64,000 nt of DNA from Flavobacteriales bacterium. GTDB lineage: Bacteria; Bacteroidota; Bacteroidia; NS11-12g; UBA955. Positions 59,452 through 64,000 of the stretch are shown piece by piece. The stretch spans positions 12,175-76,174 of the forward strand of contig CANGWH010000002.1 in assembly GCA_947457565.1 (NCBI GenBank), written 5' to 3'. Below the pieces are notes generated by a model. That model did not search any database. It had not been told where the DNA came from and saw nothing but the letters and a program-made list of their open reading frames with translations. Each line of letters starts with the position of its first letter. The stretch's first letter is position 1. Made by a program: the position numbers and the translations under genes.

Positions 59452-60498
59452 TAACCACTGAACGGTATCTACATTATCTGCAAAATCCACTAAGGTGGTG
59501 CATTGGGTATTACCTAATTCTACTATTGAGATAGATTCCACCTTATTCCAATGAGATATTTCCGGCATATTCGTTGCAAGAACCTGAATATTACTACCCC
59601 AAGATACTATTTTATGTTCTATGTCAATATTGTTTTCATAAAAGCTGTAATGCAGCATCCCAACTGGAGCATATAATTCTTCACTTTCTTTGGCAATAAC
59701 GTAGCCGGTATCCACATGTGGATCTAAGTTCATTAATAATAGAGCCTTATGATAGTGATAGTTATTTACATACTTATTGTGATTAACCAACGTGTTTAAA
59801 TACTCCTTGTCCCACAGTTTAAAAATTCTACCAAGATCATAATTCATGGGCAAAACCAAGTGTGTAACATTTCTACAACCAAGACCAAAATAATCAAAAA
59901 CATCTTTTCCTAACCCAATTATTTCCTCTTTGGATTCACTACCGGAAAGGACAGCAACACTGTTACGGTTTTTACGAATTATATGGGGAATATTGCGGAA
60001 ATAATAATCAAAATATCTACTGCTATTATTGCTTCCGGTAGCTATAGCCGCATCAATTCCTTTTAAGTCATCACTCCAAACAATTTGCTGATTCCATAAA
60101 GGTTCCCATTGGGTGGCTCGATTAATTAAATATGTAATTAAAACATCATCAACCGAAGAACGTTTTACTTTCAATTTATATCCGCAAAGAACTCCATTGA
60201 TTACATCTTGTAACCCTACCAGCGGAATATTTCCCGCTAGAATTAACCCTAAAACAGGATGATTGCCCAATTCATCATTGAAATTATGCTTAGGCCATTG
60301 ATACTTTAATACAAATTCATTTATCGATGGTTCATTTAATGCAATTTGCCATTGTCTCAAGGATTGATTAATTGTATCTGGTTCAAACCAACGATTTTTA
60401 ATACTGGCCTGGGTAACCGTAGATTTCCATTCTTCATCATTCTCGAAATTATCCAAAGCTCGTTGCAGCGAGATTAATAATGATTGTTGAATATCCAT
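59419..60498 (-). CDS. Acyl-CoA reductase (LuxC)-like protein
   Basis: About 360 aa. The LGLILAGNIPLVGLQD segment resembles the LuxC family. The start is the internal ATG at 60498. Confidence 0.4.
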   Translation of the reverse strand: MDIQQSLLISLQRALDNFENDEEWKSTVTQASIKNRWFEPDTINQSLRQWQIALNEPSINEFVLKYQWPKHNFNDELGNHPVLGLILAGNIPLVGLQDVINGVLCGYKLKVKRSSVDDVLITYLINRATQWEPLWNQQIVWSDDLKGIDAAIATGSNNSSRYFDYYFRNIPHIIRKNRNSVAVLSGSESKEEIIGLGKDVFDYFGLGCRNVTHLVLPMNYDLGRIFKLWDKEYLNTLVNHNKYVNNYHYHKALLLMNLDPHVDTGYVIAKESEELYAPVGMLHYSFYENNIDIEHKIVSWGSNIQVLATNMPEISHWNKVESISIVELGNTQCTTLVDFADNVDTVQWLLDNHRLKAIQ

Positions 60499-60636
60499 AG
60501 TGCAAAGGTAACTAGGTAATCTAGGAGTGCCCAAGAGGAATGGTTATTTTTGCAATTAATGCAACACTTTACAGAGGATTTGTTAATTTTCATAGAACAA
60601 TTACCATTAAGGTATCTAATTATGTAGGTTTGCAGT

Positions 60637-61374
60637 ATGAAATTCCTAATTAATAGGCATCGTATTTTTATACTTGGTTTCTATTTCATTGTTAATACTA
60701 GCTTCGGTCAGAGTGACGACCGATTATCTAAGTATTTCATCGGGTTCACGCCTGGAATTAACTTTTCAAAAACATCGCCGAACGATACAGCCAATTTAAA
60801 TTTTAGTTCTCGAAATAAAACAGGATTCAATCTTGGATTAGCTACTGCATACAACATAAAAGATAATATTTCGATTACCAGTGGTATTGGGTTTGTTTCG
60901 CATGGCTACCGAGTATTTTGCGATACATTGCCTGTAAACAATAAAATTGTACGTAATACCGTTAATTTAACGCTTCCTCTAGGGATGTCCTTTAGACAAG
61001 GAGGCAGCACAAAAAGTCAGATTCATGAGAAATTCGGGGTTGTTCTTAACTATAATTTCGCTTCAAAATCAGATACACTAACGAATGCAATCCTAAATAC
61101 TAGGTTTCGTGTAACTGAGACGAATAATAACAGAATTTATCCTACCTTTTATCTGGGAGTGGGATTAGGTGGAGGATCTGGGAAAGGGGATCGTTATGAA
61201 TTTGGATTTACCTATCACTATTCATTGATTAATATTCGTAGTATGAAAGTAGAAGGTGGTGAATTTTACAAATCGTACTTCCCATTGAATTATCGAGGGG
61301 GAATGTTACAAGCTAGCTTTACCTATTATTTTAACACAGGGAATTTAAAAAAATCCGATGAATATTTCTATTAA
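60637..61374 (+). CDS. Outer-membrane beta-barrel protein
   Basis: It has a signal peptide, alternating beta-strand pattern and a terminal aromatic (YFY). Confidence 0.5.
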   Translation: MKFLINRHRIFILGFYFIVNTSFGQSDDRLSKYFIGFTPGINFSKTSPNDTANLNFSSRNKTGFNLGLATAYNIKDNISITSGIGFVSHGYRVFCDTLPVNNKIVRNTVNLTLPLGMSFRQGGSTKSQIHEKFGVVLNYNFASKSDTLTNAILNTRFRVTETNNNRIYPTFYLGVGLGGGSGKGDRYEFGFTYHYSLINIRSMKVEGGEFYKSYFPLNYRGGMLQASFTYYFNTGNLKKSDEYFY

Positions 61375-61425
61375 ACCCTAAGGCTAGCTACTGTAAAAAC
61401 TGTTTTAATACAATAACCACTTATC

Positions 61426-62253
61426 ATGGAAACGCTTGTACATTTTTTTGAAGGACTCAGTCCGCTAATGCAAGGATTTACGGGCAGTTTATTTACTTGG
61501 TTTATTACAGCATTAGGTGCCTCAATGGTCTTTTTCATTAAGGACATACGAAAAGGCTCCATGGATACATTGCTGGGATTTACGGGCGGTGTAATGTTAG
61601 CCGCTAGTTTTTGGAGTTTACTAAATCCAGCCATTGAGATGGCTCAACAACAAGGTTATTCAAAAATGGCTTGGATGCCTGTAGGCATTGGGTTTTTAGG
61701 CGGGGCTATATTTTTATATTTATTGGATCAATTCCTACCCCATTTACATTTAAGTTCGCCCATAGAACAAAAAGAAGGTGTTAAAACCAATTGGAACCGT
61801 ACTGTTTTACTTGTTTTAGCAATTACCCTGCACAATATTCCCGAAGGATTGGCGGTTGGGGTTGCGTTTGGCGCTGTTGCAGAAGGGTTACCTGGGGCTG
61901 ATTTGGCTGGAGCAATCGCTTTGGCTATAGGTATAGGGATTCAAGATTTCCCAGAAGGCATGGCCGTGGCCTTACCCCTTCGGAGGTATGGTTTATCGCG
62001 CAGGAAATCGTTTATGTGGGGACAATTAAGCGGGATGGTTGAACCCATTGCGGGTGTTTTAGGGGTAGCGCTGGTAATGATTGCTAGCAGTATTTTACCC
62101 TATGCCTTGGCGTTTGCTGCAGGAGCAATGATTTATGTAGTTGTGGAAGAGGTTATTCCCGAATCTCAAAGCAGTGGGCACAACGACAAATCCACGTTAG
62201 GATTTATGTGTGGGTTTGTGCTAATGATGGCCTTAGATGTTGGTTTAGGATAA
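61426..62253 (+). CDS. ZIP-family divalent metal transporter (ZupT-like)
   Basis: It has the HNIPEGLAVG and QDFPEGMAV signature motifs. Confidence 0.85.
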   Translation: METLVHFFEGLSPLMQGFTGSLFTWFITALGASMVFFIKDIRKGSMDTLLGFTGGVMLAASFWSLLNPAIEMAQQQGYSKMAWMPVGIGFLGGAIFLYLLDQFLPHLHLSSPIEQKEGVKTNWNRTVLLVLAITLHNIPEGLAVGVAFGAVAEGLPGADLAGAIALAIGIGIQDFPEGMAVALPLRRYGLSRRKSFMWGQLSGMVEPIAGVLGVALVMIASSILPYALAFAAGAMIYVVVEEVIPESQSSGHNDKSTLGFMCGFVLMMALDVGLG

Positions 62254-62299
62254 GTTTCATCGTATCTACACAGAGACTGACTGTGTATGGCGACTGCCT

Positions 62300-62944
62300 T
62301 TAATGGACACGATCACCACGAAGGGTCCAATTCTCCATTACCGAAGCTTCATAATCCAACCATTCCTGCCAGCGTTTTTTTACCTTATCTGGGGGGAAAT
62401 AGGTTCTTGCTAAGTCTAAAAATAATGTGTAGTGGCCGGCTTCTGAGACCATGAATTCGTAGTAAAACTCTTTTAGTTGTTCATCGGTACAATATAAACT
62501 CAACAACCGAAATCGTTCGCAACTTCTTGCTTCAATTAAACCACATAACAACAATTGTTCCAGCAAGTGATCTTCCTTGGGTCCGCCTTTTATTACAAAC
62601 TTCAATAATTCTAACACATATTCATCTTTTCGAGATTTACCCAATTCCAGTCCACGTTTCTTTAATTCCTTGAGAACTTTGCGAAAATGGCCCCATTCTT
62701 CGGAGACAACTGGGGCAACTTTCTCTACAATTTTTGGATAATCGGCAAAACGAACAATTAATGAAATACACTGAGTTGCCGCTTTTTGTTCGCAGAAAGC
62801 GTGATCAACTAAAATCTCATGAATCGATTTTTCGGCAATATTAACCCAACGGGGATCTGTGGCTAATTTCAAGCCTAACATCCTTACCGCCTCTAAGTTC
62901 TGTTCTTTGGTAAAATCTTTACTTGCTTTGAAATTGTCACTCAT
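62300..62944 (-). CDS. tRNA-(ms2io6A)-hydroxylase MiaE-like ferritin-fold protein
   Basis: About 214 aa with a pattern of conserved E/H pairs (HAFCEQKAA, EEWGHF, IEARSCERF) typical of di-iron MiaE. Confidence 0.45.
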   Translation of the reverse strand: MSDNFKASKDFTKEQNLEAVRMLGLKLATDPRWVNIAEKSIHEILVDHAFCEQKAATQCISLIVRFADYPKIVEKVAPVVSEEWGHFRKVLKELKKRGLELGKSRKDEYVLELLKFVIKGGPKEDHLLEQLLLCGLIEARSCERFRLLSLYCTDEQLKEFYYEFMVSEAGHYTLFLDLARTYFPPDKVKKRWQEWLDYEASVMENWTLRGDRVH

Positions 62945-62959
62945 AAAATTGTCGCTTTT

Positions 62960-63397
62960 CTAGGCTTCAATTTTTGCTACTCTATTTTGGTGTCTTCCGC
63001 CTTCAAATTCTGCAGATAAATAAGCATTTACAATTTCAAAGGCTTTTTCTTGAGAAATAAAACGAGCGGGTAAACACAAAACATTGGCATTGTTATGCTG
63101 TCTAGCTAAAGCGCCTAGTTCCGGTTCCCAACACAATGCAGCTCTTACACCCGCGTGTTTATTGGCAGTGATGCAAACGCCATTGCCACTACCACAAACT
63201 AGGATACCTAATGAATTCTCACCCGAAGCCACTGAATTAGCTACCTTATGAGCATAATCGGGATAATCAACGCTATCGGCAGAATCCGGTCCCATATCTT
63301 GCAATTCGTACCCTTGTTCTAACAAATAAACCAATAGTTCATTTTTTAGTTCAAAACCCGCATGGTCTGAACCCAAAGCCAACGTTATTTTAGTCAT
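62960..63397 (-). CDS. rpiB: Ribose-5-phosphate isomerase B
   Basis: It has the LGSDHAG and CGSGNGVCITANK motifs and is 145 aa long. Confidence 0.85.
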   Translation of the reverse strand: MTKITLALGSDHAGFELKNELLVYLLEQGYELQDMGPDSADSVDYPDYAHKVANSVASGENSLGILVCGSGNGVCITANKHAGVRAALCWEPELGALARQHNNANVLCLPARFISQEKAFEIVNAYLSAEFEGGRHQNRVAKIEA

Positions 63398-64000
63398 TTT
63401 CCTTTTGTTTTTCTACTCTTTTTGCTACTTGAATTCCAACTACATACAACAACAACAATGGTGTTCCCAGTAGTAGCTGACTGAAAACATCCGGAGATGG
63501 TGTTGCAATTCCTGCGATGATAAAGATAATTACTACCGCATATCGCCAATTCTTTGTTAAGAACTCGGCAGAAACTAAGCCGATTTTCGCCAATATGTAT
63601 ATTAATACTGGAAGTTCAAACACCAGTCCCGTGGCCAAACTCATAAACGTTACAAATCCCGTGACCGAGGCGATGGTGGGGATATTGCGTATTTGCGGAC
63701 TTAACTGATACCCTAACAAGAAATTTGACGCTAACGGCACTAGAAAGAAGTAAGCGAAAGATAAACCCGTAAAGAACAATAAGGAAACAATACCTAAACT
63801 ATTTTTAGTCTTTTTTATCTCTTTTTCGCTCAAAGCGGGTTTTACAAAGCTCCAAATTTGATAAATAATATAAGGAAAAGCAACCACAAATCCAACTACT
63901 AATGCTATTTTAAATGCGCTAACAAATTGGCCTTGAATTTGTTGACTTTGCATTTCTAACAAGGGCGGTTCCCAACACAGTGCATCGGTATTAAATAGAT
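63390..64000 (-). CDS. tatC: Sec-independent translocase TatC (5' end beyond the window)
   Basis: It has TatC TM topology and motifs (PSPDVFSQ). The ORF runs open to the window edge. Confidence 0.8.
   Translation of the reverse strand, partial: LFNTDALCWEPPLLEMQSQQIQGQFVSAFKIALVVGFVVAFPYIIYQIWSFVKPALSEKEIKKTKNSLGIVSLLFFTGLSFAYFFLVPLASNFLLGYQLSPQIRNIPTIASVTGFVTFMSLATGLVFELPVLIYILAKIGLVSAEFLTKNWRYAVVIIFIIAGIATPSPDVFSQLLLGTPLLLLYVVGIQVAKRVEKQKEND

Noticed and set aside
61371-61634. 87-aa minus-strand ORF
   Set aside because: It overlaps the start of the well-supported ZIP transporter gene on the opposite strand.
1-64000. Scanned intergenic regions for tRNA or rRNA genes, CRISPR repeats and IS or transposase genes
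   Set aside because: No direct-repeat arrays, no cloverleaf-compatible conserved tRNA boxes and no transposase-like ORFs were seen. The intergenic spaces are short.

Overview
This is a 64 kb AT-rich window that looks like a Bacteroidetes chromosome; Bacteroidetes-type -33 TTG / -7 TAnnTTTG promoter motifs are present. Housekeeping genes are easy to recognise: alaS, rsmG, pckA, msrA, dnaG, nadE, rpiB, tatC, an MFS transporter, a ZIP transporter, an M20 hydrolase and an arginase-family enzyme. The main feature is a roughly 22 kb same-strand operon (4765-27129) that encodes a near-complete extracellular contractile injection system, meaning an Afp/PVC-like or 'T6SSiv'-like phage-tail-derived particle. 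In order it encodes a DUF4255-like cap or terminator, a sheath, two tube proteins, a LysM tube-initiator-like protein, a VgrG-like spike, a PAAR tip, a gp25-like wedge protein, a 1200-aa gp6/baseplate-J-like protein, several unrecognisable lineage-specific ORFs and a 2395-aa low-complexity giant protein that may be a tape measure or effector. No Afp15-like AAA+ ATPase, tail fibre, transposase or integrase is visible in the window. A second locus of interest is a tightly coupled four-gene minus-strand operon (31060-41217): a multi-domain Rossmann/TIR-like protein, a STAND NTPase with a WD40-like beta-propeller, an atypical TonB-dependent receptor and a 993-aa polytopic membrane protein. This pairing of a cytoplasmic conflict or signalling NTPase with an outer-membrane receptor is an undescribed arrangement. 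Downstream of the injection-system locus sit a TPR lipoprotein, a catalytically inactive GH18-like membrane-anchored protein and a small lipoprotein. No rRNA, tRNA, CRISPR array or IS element was found.
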